Assembly: GCA_028023455.1 (NCBI GenBank)
Contig: JAQFVV010000007.1
Location: forward strand, 7,626,001 to 7,690,000
DNA length: 64,000 nucleotides
Direction of reading: 5' to 3'
Source of the DNA: Epiperipatus broadwayi
Lineage: Eukaryota > Animalia > Onychophora
Shown here: positions 36,516 to 49,565 of the stretch, in pieces
Layout: every line of letters begins with the position of its first letter
Numbering within the stretch: the stretch's first letter is position 1
The notes under the pieces: generated by a model
The model's database searches: none
What the model was told of the DNA's origin: nothing
The model's input: only the letters and a program-made list of their open reading frames with translations
Position numbers and translations under genes: made by a program

Positions 36516-39500
36516 GAAACAAACAAGTCTAAATACGTTAATACAATTTACAACTAAGTTCTTAAATAATCATCCAAATCAACAAATATATAATAAGCAG
36601 CTTTTGTTATATCAATGCCACCTATTTCATCAGATAAAAATGATCATTTTTACTGTGAGATTCAATTTGTGACATAGTAATAAATCAAACACTGATATGT
36701 CAAACGACTGAAACTTTTTAATAGTAGCAATTTTTGTTTTATATCAGCTTATGGCTTCAATTATTAATTTAGATGAAACTGTAATGATTTTAATGGTCAT
36801 ATAAATAATTTTATGCCTTATCAAATAGATAATGCTAAAAATACAAATGCATTCAGAGAATAACCAAGTCCAAATATCCCATTAAAACAATTTACAAGCC
36901 AGATTTCCAAAGTATCATCCAAATGAACTTGTAAATGTATATTATATACTACCATATAATAAACCAAAGATCAAATAAAAGCAATAATCTTTTATCTAAC
37001 AAAATAGATTGACATGGATATAAGAAAGATAGATATTATTTATGTTTATTTGAGTTACTATTGAAAATATGGCTTGTAAATTGGATTACTAATATATTCA
37101 GATCTGCTTGTTCTGTGAATAGATTTGTATTCTTAGTGTTACATACTTGATAAGCTATAAAATTATTTGCATGTTCATTAAAATCATTAGAATTATAAAG
37201 ATTTAATAATTTTATTTCACAACAGACATTTAAAACATATGAATATTTTTTTTTAGATTAAACTGTAATATTTTATCAATTTTATGTGACACATAGCACA
37301 ATAGTGTAAACCTAATTAATGTACCTCATAAAAAATAAATTCCCCCACCCCCAAACCCCACTTCCATACGAATAAAACAAGTTATTTAGAATTGAGCAAA
37401 TCTGTTTTATATTCTTTCTAACTTAATCCTCTTTAATTTTGACATTTTATTTTGTTCTACTTCATGAGACTTATTGAAAATGCTCAACTTTATTTTATAC
37501 TAAAACTCAAAAAGTTGAAGTAGACTTTTTATTTTAATTTTATAAAAAATATTTTTAAAAATCACATTTGACCTTTTTATATATTTAAAAACTGACTTGC
37601 AATTAAGAACAAAGTTCTGCAAATGTCACCAACAAAGTTAATTTAAATACTCTTTCAAAAAATGAACATATTCTTTGTTTTAATTTTTTTAAAAATGTGA
37701 ATGAATGAGTGATGATTTTGTAACAAATCTATCAAATTCTCTTTAAAACCTGATATTTGCTTTATAATATTACAATTGTTGAAAAGATTTTAATACTATG
37801 TCAATTCTGATAAGTAATAATATAACAGGCACTGGGGTTGTTTTTTATATATTACAGTCAAATTTTTTATTTTCTATTTCTAAAAATAAAGCTGAATGAA
37901 TAAATTGAAAGTTTGCATTTGAACTTCTTTTTATTTTAAATATAAATAAACCAATTAGTGTGGAAACAATAATCAAAAATATTTTATAAACAAACAAAAA
38001 ATTATATTTTATTTATTCCAAAATATTTGCAAGAAAACTAAACCAATAGGAAGTAAACACTTTCTGGGCATTTTATTCTGCCATAAATAAAGTATGCCAT
38101 AGATCTAAACCAACCGCCAATAACATACTGACCTTTTCAGATTGTTTTTAAAAATGAAACAGCCATAAAAGGAGTCTCACAGACTTTACATTAAAAAATC
38201 CTCTGCTAGTATCGCTTATGATTATGATTAAATAGCAATGCAAAGCAGCAGAACTGTTATGGTTTTGCAGAAATAAATATGCCAAATTTACTAAAAAAAC
38301 ACATTTATTAAGTTAACAGCATGTTAGGTTACAGAAGCTCAATTCATTATATACTTTTGCTTTAAAGGTAAATAAAAACAATTACTCAAATCGATTTGTG
38401 GTCTAGAGTTCATAAGAAATCCACATACTGAAAATGATGTCACTGAAATCAATCTGAGGGCCTTATGCTCACTGCAGTAAGACACACAGAGTGTTTTAAA
38501 GATTTAGAGTGGCAAATAATGCATAAATATACATAGGAGTTCATTTTCAGTATATGATTGTAAATGTACATTATTTAATTAAATAACTTAAAATAAAATG
38601 GCAACACAATTTAGATAACTTTTTAAAATTTCAAAGGGTGTAAGAAAACAGACAGTAGTCAAATTGCAATAGAACCCTGACCAACACTCAGGCTATCACA
38701 ATCACTTTAACAGGCAGAAACCTCTGATGGTAGGATTGATGAAATTGAAAATAAATACAAGCATAAAAAAAAAACAAATTACTAGAGAATATTAAAAAAA
38801 AATATAAATGGCACCCAATTTCTAATTCTAGAAATAGTATAGAAAATCAAATAAATATTTGGAAATCATTTAGAATAAATCTTCTTTCACACCTGTATTC
38901 ATAAACATTTATGGCTACATAATGGTATAACAGATCATTAAAATTCGTGATAGGTACAATGTATCTAAACAGGAAATACTCCTTTGAGCACCTATGACTA
39001 TGGTTCAAGCATCAATTTGATAGAAAACGGCAACCTATTTGGTTTTGTTTTTGATCATGCCTGTCTATTTAAAAAATTTTTAGAATAAAAATTTAAGGTT
39101 TTGTATAATTTCTGATATATGTATAAATATTGTATAATGGATGTGTATGTGTATGGGTTAAATTAAGCACACCAGCAGATATATATATATATATTTGAAC
39201 GCTTCCATTGTGTATGTGTTTATTTATTTATTAGAAACATCATGGAGTTATGGTTTGTAGAGCCATTTTGCAAGTTCATGGGAAAAAAGTTCAATTCTGA
39301 AAAAAACTTTAAAAAAAAATTTAAGCAGCACAAATAAGCTTCAGATGATTTAGATAGCCAGCTGAAATTGTTTGGCAAGTGAGGTATATATCTACATTAT
39401 GTAGATAAATATAAAATGTAGAGGAAAGCCATAAAAAAATCACACTAATCAGCATATAATTAGCATGTCAGGTAATTTTATTATTATCAGCATTGTGAAA

Positions 39501-39589
39501 AGATGCTAAAAAAATTTTGTTCTGCAATGAACAATTTTGTTTTACTTATATATATATAAAACAAGGTACAAATTGTGTCCAAAACAAGC

Positions 39590-39770
39590 TTTAATTATAA
39601 GTGCCAACAGAGAAAGAATTCAAAATCTCTATTGGAAAATCCTCATCTCCAGACCAAATTGTTTCGAGCTTAATGGCTCACCTCAGTGAACAGTTAGGAT
39701 TTCAAAAACTAGATCTAAAACTCCAACTCAGAGCACTTATTTAATACATTACTATCAGTTTGAAAACTTG
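39590..39770 (-). mobile_element. Single older family A-related unit with near-intact hammerhead (39646-39690)
   Basis: ttca-CTGAGGT-gagc-cattaa-gctc-GAAA-caatttggtc-tggaga; flanks match 35760-35870 (aaaatctctat, actagatctaaaa). Confidence 0.75.
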
Positions 39771-40246
39771 AAAGCTCGTTTTGGAGCTAGTGGAAAGCTC
39801 CATCTAGTGAACACATACATACATTACACTTTGCAAGCGTCAAACTTTTTGCACCCCTATCTTTGATATCATCCATTTCAGATAAATATATTAATGATTC
39901 TTACTAATTATTTATTAGATTGGAGATTATCATACTATTCCTAGACCCAGATATAAATTTTTAACATAAATTGTAGATGAATAAATATGTTTTTTTTAAT
40001 TCACATAAATCAAATTCATTTATCTTTTTCCATATTTAAGAAATTGATTGAGCTTAAAATGCATTTTCAGGAGAATATCTTTATTCATATGTTTCAAGAA
40101 TGTATGATTAAATAGAAGTTTTAAATATGTCTAAAAATAGATATGAATTTATAATATTAAATAATATTAACTTGTGCTATCTACAAATATGAATGATTTT
40201 TTGTGGTAATCTTTAACACACACAAAAAACAACCTTTGTTGAACAT

Positions 40247-40260
40247 GTTTCTATGGCAAC
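40247..40260. promoter_or_regulatory. RFX X-box candidate
   Basis: GTTTCTATGGCAAC, followed by a TTAGCAAC half-site ~10 bp downstream. Confidence 0.45.
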
Positions 40261-41528
40261 CAACATGATTAGCAACCAGAAAAGTAACTGACATTCCATC
40301 AAACACCGTAACACAATACACACACACACATATATATATAAGATTTATTATTTGAGCGAATAAAAACGGAATTTATTAAAGAAGTCAACTAACTCTCTCA
40401 ATACTGAACTATTATTTTATTAATTAGATAAATTTTGATCTCTGATGGCACATAAAAATACACTTTTAAATATATGAATTAGTTTAATAATTTATGTATT
40501 CTTATTTAGATATATACAAATTGAATATCAAATGTAAGGATTCTCAAAATTATTTAATTTTAATAATGTATTTATTCTTATTTATAAATGAAATAGAATT
40601 TCATATCTAAGGATTCACATTTTTTTTAAAAAAAAAACTATTTTTTTTTTTTATAAGACAATAAAATTTACAGACTTTATAAAGTTTATAAAAATTCGTA
40701 AAGTTCTTAATCCTTATTAACGTAAATAAATATTGTAAATAAAAATAAGTATAATATTACAAAGTATCAAAAACATTATTTTTATTTGTAAAATAAATAC
40801 AAATTTTGAACAGTAGAAATCAAAAAGAATATTAATTGGATTGACACTGAATGTGTGTATTATGTATTAGTATGAAATTATTATAGATTTCCATCTAACA
40901 TACAATTGAATAAATAGGAATATTTTCGATACAGATTAGTTTTATTCAAAAATTTTAAATTTTAAAACCATAACTTATATTTCTGTCTTTCAAGATTCAC
41001 CTTTTTATTCCAACATACACATAATAATTTTTAATGCATTTTGTTTAATAAGTAATTTTTACAATAATATTAGATTATAAAATAATATAGATAAAGGTGA
41101 TATGCTCCATAACGCTTACATTCCTTATAAAAGAATAAAGTTAAGAAAATATAATTTTAAATGTATTCATAAATTCTTAATTTTGATAAGTTTTAAAATA
41201 GATCTTTTTTTGTCTTAAATTTAAATTATTTTACATAAAAGTATAACTAAAATAATATCTAAAAATATTTATTAATTATTATTAATAATGCTTTTTTTTA
41301 AAAAAAACAACTTCGTAACACATGACTATTTCAATTTAAATCCAAACTAAAAGCTTTAGTTCCAAATAATATAAATATTAGAGTATGTAATAATTTATTT
41401 TTAAATATTTATTTAATAATAACATTGATAAGACAAAACAGCAAGTATACTTTACTAAGTGAATTTGGTTAATTTACATTCAATTGCATAGACACCAACA
41501 TTACATCCATATATATATATATATTTAC

Positions 41529-41574
41529 CTGATTGATGAGGTTTATTTAAAAGTCTTTGTATTAATAATTTCAT
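41529..41574 (-). CDS. Candidate first coding exon (MKLLIQRLLNKPHQS, phase 1)
   Basis: ATG at 41574, donor CAG|GTAAAT at 41529/41528, ~90 bp downstream of the X-box at 41665; no downstream exon identified. Confidence 0.3.
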
Positions 41575-41664
41575 TCTTTGTAATCAAATGGCAATATTTA
41601 CTGCTTATATAAACTTATTAAGCAATAAGTAAAGGTGAATTTCCATCTTCATTGTTTAAAGGAG

Positions 41665-41678
41665 GTTGCCATGACAAC
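41665..41678. promoter_or_regulatory. RFX X-box candidate
   Basis: GTTGCCATGACAAC, one mismatch to the palindromic GTTGCCATGGCAAC. Confidence 0.55.
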
Positions 41679-41975
41679 AGAATGAAATTGTTATTGATAT
41701 TGATTAAGTGTTGACTGCTTTTATGTGTTTACATTATTTACCTATTTAGGCTTGGGCATTATTAGCTTTATTATCTAAGTTATATATAGTTGGAATGCAG
41801 TTTTAAAGTTATAATTGACTATTTGCTAATCTACTTCCAGAACAGGTTATATTTAATGAAGTTTATTTAAACTTTTTTATTGATTGTTATTGATATTGTT
41901 TAAGCACTGACTGCTTTCCTGTATTTAATATATATATATCATGAGTAATACAAAAACTCTGTCAAATAATGAAAA

Positions 41976-42210
41976 TTATTCTTCGAGTATAAAGCATAAT
42001 AAACAGAGTAGGGAAAATTCATAAAACATTAATGTCAAAAAACAATTGATCACAAAAACAATTTGCCAAGAACTTTTGGTACTGTATACCAGAATCATGG
42101 CCACATATTGCAACTGGTATACAGTACCGAAAGCGCTTGGCAAATTGTTTTTTGTGATCAATGTTTTTTGAATTTTGGCTAGTCTGTTTATCACACTTTG
42201 TAAAGAATAA
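41976..42210. repeat. Fold-back hairpin (core arms 42035-42092 and 42114-42171, 21-nt loop)
   Basis: ttgatcacaaaaacaatttgccaag...ggtactgtataccag pairs with ctggtatacagtacc...cttggcaaattgtttttgtgatcaa; flanked by direct repeats atatatcatgag(t/c)aat. Confidence 0.85.
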
Positions 42211-42959
42211 TATATATCATGAGCAATTTTTTTTTCTAAAATAATATTTATAAAATATAATAAGTAATGTGCTAATACACTTAAATTTATTTTTATAATT
42301 AAATGTATTTTTACTTTCTGAAGAATAAATCTGAAATAATTTATCAAAACAATTCATTTCAATATGACATAAATTAATATTAAAAAATGGTAATTAGTAA
42401 TATTATAAGTATCTACCAATTCATTTTAAAATCCTCCTACATAAATTATAAGTGCTTTTTTTTCTATAACAAAAATATTTTTTTAAAAAATATAGGTTTT
42501 ATGAAAAAATATCATTAAAATATGCATTAATAATGACATTTTAAAGAAAAGGAAATTATACAAAAGATGACATATCATACACCTATTATGTTGTGCAAAC
42601 TTTTTTCTCATTATGCTTAATAAAAGAGACATTCATTTAATTTAAACTCATAAATTCTCATGAAATGCATTTGGAGTGAAAAAATAAAAAAAAAGTGTGG
42701 TGGGGAGAGAGAGAAGGTATTGCAATAAAAACTCACCAGAATTTACTAACATTTTATTGTTTTCACTGAGATATAAAATTTACTGATACGTGGTCAAAAA
42801 AGTAAACAAACTTTTACTGATAAAGAACATAAAAAGATTAGAAAAAAATAATAACAAAGTAATTAGAATACCACTCAGAATTTCATTGTAAAGAGAGATG
42901 TTTATAAAGTCTAAACTATCGCCCCCTTAGAAGTCTTCACCACTCACTGAGGGGGGGGG

Positions 42960-42987
42960 GGTACCGCCCACTTTGGGAAACATTGAT
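42960..42987. mobile_element. Isolated hAT (Charlie-type) terminal inverted repeat
   Basis: gtaccgcccactttgggaaacattg followed by atctaaac, typical of Charlie-type ends. Confidence 0.55.
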
Positions 42988-43179
42988 CTAAACAATAATG
43001 CCATAAATAATAACAATTATTAAATTTGTACCACTTAGAATATATAATATTTATGAAGACTGCAATAAATACTAAATATGAAAATCTTAATAGTTCATAC
43101 TTATGAAATGAAATTAATTGTAGAATTAAAGTAGATCAAGTACTTATGCATTTAAAAAGAGATTTTTAATAAACATGTT

Positions 43180-43270
43180 TTACTAGTTTTTACTTATGAA
43201 TCTGAGGTTAGGACACTTAATAAAGAGCAATACAGAAGCCTCACACCACTCAATATGAAGAGATGTATGT
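43180..43270 (+). mobile_element. Short RTE LINE fragment
   Basis: ttacttatgaatctgaggttaggacacttaataaagagcaatac matches the reverse complement of ~49380-49430. Confidence 0.6.
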
Positions 43271-44210
43271 TAATATTATCTAATGGGAAAACTACAAAAA
43301 GTAAAAAAAAAATGGCATTATTCAAACAACCAAAAGATGAAACTAAAAATCAATTCTAGTGTATTTATTGTTATTATGATTTAATGAAAAACTGGAGGAA
43401 AATAAATAATAACTGTCATGAGGACAAACACCCCTACCCCTCCCCAACTTACATGTCAGTAAGTCATAATTTTTCCTATTTACATTTCACTATTAATATT
43501 ATTTAAATGAAAAAACGGGGGGGGGGGGGTAAAAATTATGAAGGCATTCAAACAATTTAGTAAAAAAAATAACTAAAAAAATAATACATATAATAAATAT
43601 TTTTATTTATTGCGTAGTACAAAATCAAAAAAAATTTGTTTTCTTCCACATAATTGGGATTTGTATATTTAACTTGAAATAAACTTGTCATGTATCCAAA
43701 AATTAATTAAGTCAATCAGTTGCTATAAAACATAGTGATTGAATTAACTTCTAGACATCTCATGATTTTATTTTAGGTTAATTATAAATCTCAATTGTGA
43801 TTAAAGAAAACAGTACTTTTGTAGAAACAATATGACAAAAGTTTTCCATCCATGTTTGTCTTAGTTATCCATTTTCAGGGGCATAATCTATTTGTTTATA
43901 TTTATTTTCTCAAAAATATTTTAATGAACATGATACTTATTAAAATTAAACAATATTAAGAAAATGAATTATAAGTTACAGTTGCCTTTAAAAAATATTA
44001 GTAAATGGCTTATAATTTCCATTTCCCAACATATAATCAACTTTTTATTTATGTATATAATAGAGTATGAATATAAACATGTTGTGAATATTGTCATTAT
44101 TTGGCAATATTTTATTATGTTTAGTGTGATATTATTTTTGAGCTTTTATTTATTTATTTATTTTTTTTTTTTGTGGAAATGATTAAAATTTGGAATCTTC
44201 CAATGACAGA

Positions 44211-44345
44211 AGAAACATAAAGCACAGGGGAGCTTTGAGACAACACATTGATTCCTATTTAGCAGAATTAATGTTGCACTGCCTGTAAAAAAATGAAGAT
44301 GTATTTGTGGCCATGATGCATGCTATTAAGGATTTCTGCCCATGG
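44211..44345 (+). mobile_element. Merlin (ISXO2/IS1016-like) transposase C-terminal remnant
   Basis: RNIKHRGALRQHIDSYLAELMLH...EDVFVAMMHAIKDFCP matches the ISXO2-family HRGxxxxHLDSYLxEFxWR motif. Confidence 0.6.
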
Positions 44346-44803
44346 ACAAGAAAAACCACATTTGTAACACACCTTTGCTAAACTTTCTTTGACCAGCTTT
44401 TTTGTTTATTTATATTAAATTTCCTTTAATTACAATCATTAAAAGTTTGTGTATTTTTTTTCCTTTTTTAAAATCATATTAAAAAATATTAAATATGATA
44501 GCTTGTAATCAGCCATAATGTTTGCAACATTTTTTTGCCGCTTTTGTAAATGGAAATTAAAACAAACACAGGTAGCAAACTTCTGTCCTACAGCTTCTAT
44601 GAAAGTATGTAAAACAATTATTTTTTAGTTTTTTAGTGCACAGTAAATATAAGTATTTATTATAAAATACTGTAATTTCAGTTTTTTCATTAAATAATAA
44701 AATAATAAGTACTAAGATTTTAGTTTCAAATTGTTTGGTTTTTTTAAATTTCATTTTTTCATTCTAAAAATACTAATTGTGAAAATATAAATAAAGATAA
44801 TTA

Positions 44804-44834
44804 TGACCTACTGACCTGCTTGACCTCATGACCT
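44804..44834 (-). promoter_or_regulatory. Cluster of four direct AGGTCA nuclear-receptor half-sites (spacers 2, 3, 2)
   Basis: TGACCT-ac-TGACCT-gct-TGACCT-ca-TGACCT. Confidence 0.45.
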
Positions 44835-45548
44835 CTGTTTATTACTTTTTTCTCTAATCTTTGGTGAAATCACAAAAACAATGTATACATGAGAATTGCT
44901 TTTGTTTAGCTTCATCTTTTGCTTATTTATAAAGTATTTTATATATATTATTTTCAATTGTAATTATTTGGTAAATGTTGAAATATTTAACAGCTAACTA
45001 GCTTTGTTTTATAATAAAGAAATTTATTTTAAAACAAAGTGCTTTTAAATACTGAAAAATACCAAAATCATAGCATCATACAATTAACTACAGTTGAGGT
45101 CTGGTTTTAAAGTTGTTTTGCATATTATAAAATAAATTAGCATAAAATTGAACATTTGTGAGTAAATGTATATACCAATGACAGAAATGGTAGCTACAAA
45201 TGCCAATTTTTAGAAAGAGGGGTGCTAGTATCTTTTTCAAATACTTTTCAACATTTGACAGTGCTTAGTTTTAGAATAAATTTATTATAAAACAGCCCTG
45301 CTCTGTTGTTAAATGTTTCAACATTTACTAAATAATTACAGTTACATCAGAAAAGCAGATTATAATCGTTTTTAAAATTATATATTTTTAATTTTTTAAT
45401 ATTTGAATTTTTTTTTTTTTGTAATTATTTCTCTTTAAAACAAAGAATAAAAGAAAAGTCACAACGCATTAAAAATCGATTCCAATATTATTTTATTTAT
45501 GAAACATTTTAAAAAAAAGAAATTTTACATTCAAAAGAAACTTTAATT

Positions 45549-47947
45549 TAGGAATCTGCAACCTTTGGCAGACAGGCCCACTTCGCATGTGGAACAATTA
45601 TAAATGGTACACTGATTGAATTGAAATAGTAAAAAAAACATATATTTTAAATACACTGCACATGTTTACGTCATCATCTACATTTCGCATATGTAACTCA
45701 CATGTAAGAGAAAACCATGATTCAGTGCAGGTCGTGATCTGATAGCCAAACCAAAGCACTTGCTATTATATAATTACAGCACATGAATTTGTCCTCCCCA
45801 TCCTCATCTACATTTTATCCATGTGACTCACATTCAAAGAAAAATCATATGTTTAGTGCAGGCCATCTTATGCTAAAATAAACCTTTTATTATTATTATT
45901 CAGTAATATATTATCTCAAAATGTCTAACAAAAGACAAAAGCTTAATGTTAGCTCTTTTCAAGACTTTGCACAAATGAACATGGATTTCTACAGCAAAAT
46001 GATCTTTCTCTAAGTTATGCTATGAAAGTGGTGTGTGTCATACCTTAAATATATAAAGACATTATCAACCTAAACATCCAGATTTAAAAACACAAAAAAA
46101 ATGAAGCTATAAAAAGAGTTTTTCCTGCCTTTAAGAAACAAACTACTTATTTTAATCAAATAATTGGAACCAAAAATAAAGCCAACAAATGCACTTTGTG
46201 TGACTTCAAAAGCCAAACCCTTCACATATGGATAATTTATCATATAAACATTTTTGTGAAGTGCTGAATTCTTATTCAGTGATCTATCAAATAAACAAAC
46301 AATAACGTCTCAAATTTGAAAAATATCGGCTTCTGTAGGATCAATTCAAAGATGAACAACTGATGTGGCTGAATATGTAACAGCAAATTAAAAAAAATGT
46401 TTGGGTTGATAAAAGCACTGACATAAATGACTTAGCATGCAAAGCGATAGTTGCATAATATTGTGACAATTGTATGTATGAAAAATTGTGTTGCTTAATT
46501 CCTCTTATTGATACAACAAAGGGACATAACATTTTTACTGCATTTTCAATATTTTGAAAACATAAAATATTTACTGTTACTACTGATATCAGCTATGCAA
46601 TGGTTGGAAAGAAAAAGGAATTTGTTAAATTTCTTGAAAATCATATTAGACATTAAATATTGACTTTCCACTGCATTATACACTAGAAGATTAGTTGTGA
46701 AAATCTAATCACACTATAATACTTTCATTAAAATAGTTAATTTCATAGTTTCTCATTCATCATTGAAATACAGACAAGTTAAGTTTCTTTTGCAAAAAAT
46801 GAACAGTGCATATATTCCGGCTATCCAGCAATGTCCATTGGATTAGTCAAGGTAATAATATATTAAACAAATCAAGATATTTCTTGGATAAAAATGGGAA
46901 ATAAATGACAAAGTCTGTTTTATGCAATTTGATGTTTTTGACTAACATAACACATGAATGACTTAAACTTGCATTTGAAAGGCAAACAGTAATAGAAATT
47001 TTTGAATATTGGACAGTATTTGCATCAAAATTTGATATATTTTGGCATGATAACACCTACAAGTACTTTCCAAGTATAAAGATCCATGCAAATAAATTTA
47101 ATGTTAACAAAGACAAACTTCAAAAGTATGTTTAAGCTCTCAGATAAGAATTTTCCAAATGATATGATGAATTCCAAGCATACATACTCATACTCATATT
47201 TTCTTTTCTTATCAAACCTGACTTAACTGATCTAAAAACAACCACACATGGCTTATATGTTTTTGAGTGAATGCCCAATGATAGTTTTGAAATGTAACTT
47301 ATCAAAAAATATCACCAGAATTTTAGAAAATTAAATTTCTAGAATTGTGGAATATGCTTGAAAAAAACCGTCTGTCAGCTATCATTCCCAATTATTGGAT
47401 ATATTTAGCTGAAAACTTTAATTCTTTGAAGTATATCAAATGCTCTGTTTTCAGCATTTGGCTTACCTTACCTATGTGAACAAATTTTCTTACACAGGAA
47501 AAATATTCTGAGTGCAAGAAGTTGTCTAACACCTGAACATTAAGAAGCTTGCATGAAAGAAAAGTAACCAATTACATAAATGATATAAGCAATTGAGCAA
47601 GCTACAAGGACAACGTTTCCTGCTAATTTATTAATAGCTGAGATTAATAAAAGAAAAGGGTGATTTATATCAAAATTGTTGATAATTTTTTCTTATTTAA
47701 ACTATGTGTTGAAAAAACTTATAATTTGCAATACAATTTTTAATAAATGTGTTAAAAATTAACGAAACATACTTTTCATATATAATCCTATGTATTTAAA
47801 AATATTGAATGAGCAAAGAAATAAAATCAAGTTATAGTGGGATTTTAATGCTACATATAATAGGATTGATAAGATCATGTTGGCACATGGAATAACATTG
47901 TAACATAGGTTTAGTACAACACTACTAAAGGATTGCTAACCCATGCT
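45549..47947 (+). mobile_element. Decayed hAT transposon with transposase C-half
   Basis: Left end aggaatctgcaacctttgg and right end aaaggattgctaacccatg; VDKSTDIND, TTDISYAMVGKKK, FHCIIH, HWISQG, SAFGLPYLCEQIF; subterminal direct repeats at ~45660-45870. Confidence 0.8.
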
Positions 47948-49079
47948 CCATTTTAAGAGGCAACTTTTATAATCAACTGAAAGTAAGATTGGTTTTAATT
48001 TTTATTTTTAATTGATTATTAATAGTTTTAATGTGCCTTTTTTAAAAATAAAAGCTCACTGAAAACTTATTGAAAGATAAGAAAAGATTCAAAATTCAAT
48101 ATGCCAAAGCCTCTAAAGTAAATAAGCCAAAATACCAACCTAAAATATTTCACTGTCATATTACACTGCTATCATATTTTCCAACACAAGTCCAAAATTT
48201 TAGGAAAATCCATTTGATAGAAGTCTATTAAATCTCAATTGTAAAATTTATGCTAAACAAACAAAATTTCTAAGTTAAGTAAAAGTATTTAATAGATACC
48301 CAATATATCAGTATATCTACAGATGCAAGATAAAAAAATTCCACATTTATTGTTCATATCATTTACAGTAAAAAAAACTGGGAAAACCATTACTTGTTCC
48401 ATTTATCACTTAGTCATGATGTGATGTGATGTGATGCACTGTGACTTACCCTTAAACGAAGTCAGGAATCTCTCAGCAGCTATGCCCAGAGAAACCTGTT
48501 AGTAACTTTACCTTCCATTTTCATTGTCCATCCTAAGTTTTCCCATAATCTGCTCCATCCCATTTCCACAACATAATCTTTGTCAACTCCATGACCATGT
48601 TAGTAATGATTCGGTGGCAACCCCAGGTATGAAATTGGTACCAAATAATTAATCTATTCTCTAAGTTTTTGATGTTTCATTCTGCTAAACATACAGAGTG
48701 TTCTTTAGTTATTGCTAAGTAAGATAGATAATCTTAAGAAAAAAAACCAAGTGTGATCAACAAATATAAAACAATAACTGAAATGAATACAACTCTACAG
48801 TTATCTGGGAAGAAAGGTAAAATAGTTTAAAGTATTTTAAAAATATAGAGAAAATTCCTTAGTGCCATATTATAATAACAAATTAGCTTGATGAATGGCA
48901 TTCTAAAACATTGTCTGTTTATTATAGAAGTTAAAAAAATATATACAAAATAAAAACAAATATTTTTATCTCAGATCATTTAAATTGCTGTAAAGACTGA
49001 TACTAATAATATATTTTATATAGAAAATACTTGACAAATTATACATAGCATTAATATCATCAATATCATCATTATCATT

Positions 49080-49565
49080 TTCAAACATTATCGATCCACT
49101 GCACAATGAAGGTCTTCCCAAATTTAATCCAATTTTTCTGATCTCTAGCATCTCTTTTCCACATCATCCCAGCACACTTTCTTATTTCATCCATCTAGTT
49201 TAAGAATTTAACTGTCCCTCTAGTATCATTTCTTCTAAAAAATATCCCAACTTCATTTTAGTATTTTAATTTTTTCAATAATGTCAGTAATATTTGTTTG
49301 TTCTCTCATTCAAGTATTTCATTTTCAACCTATTCTTGTTACTCCTAATATTCATCTCTCCATATTTTGTTGAGGGTTTGAAGTCTCTATATTGCTGTTC
49401 TGTTAAGTGTCCTAATCTCAGATTTATAAGTAAGATCTGGAATAATACCTATGAAAAACCTGTTTTCAAGCACATAGGCATATTTCTTTTTAATATTAAG
49501 TTATTTCTATCAAAAGCACTCCATCCAAGTTTAATTCTAAGAGAGAAGAGTAATACTTCTTGAAA
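49080..49565 (-). mobile_element. RTE-clade (BovB-like) LINE 3' end
   Basis: DEIRKCAGMMWKRDARDQKNWIKFGKTFIVQWIDN followed by a gat-repeat tail; homologous to 11270-11640. Confidence 0.85.

Noticed and set aside
48450-48495. Minus-strand mini-exon VSLGIAAERFLTSFK with a GTAAGT donor
   Set aside because: No polypyrimidine tract, and it abuts a (GTGAT)n run typical of a retroelement 3' tail; needs RNA evidence.
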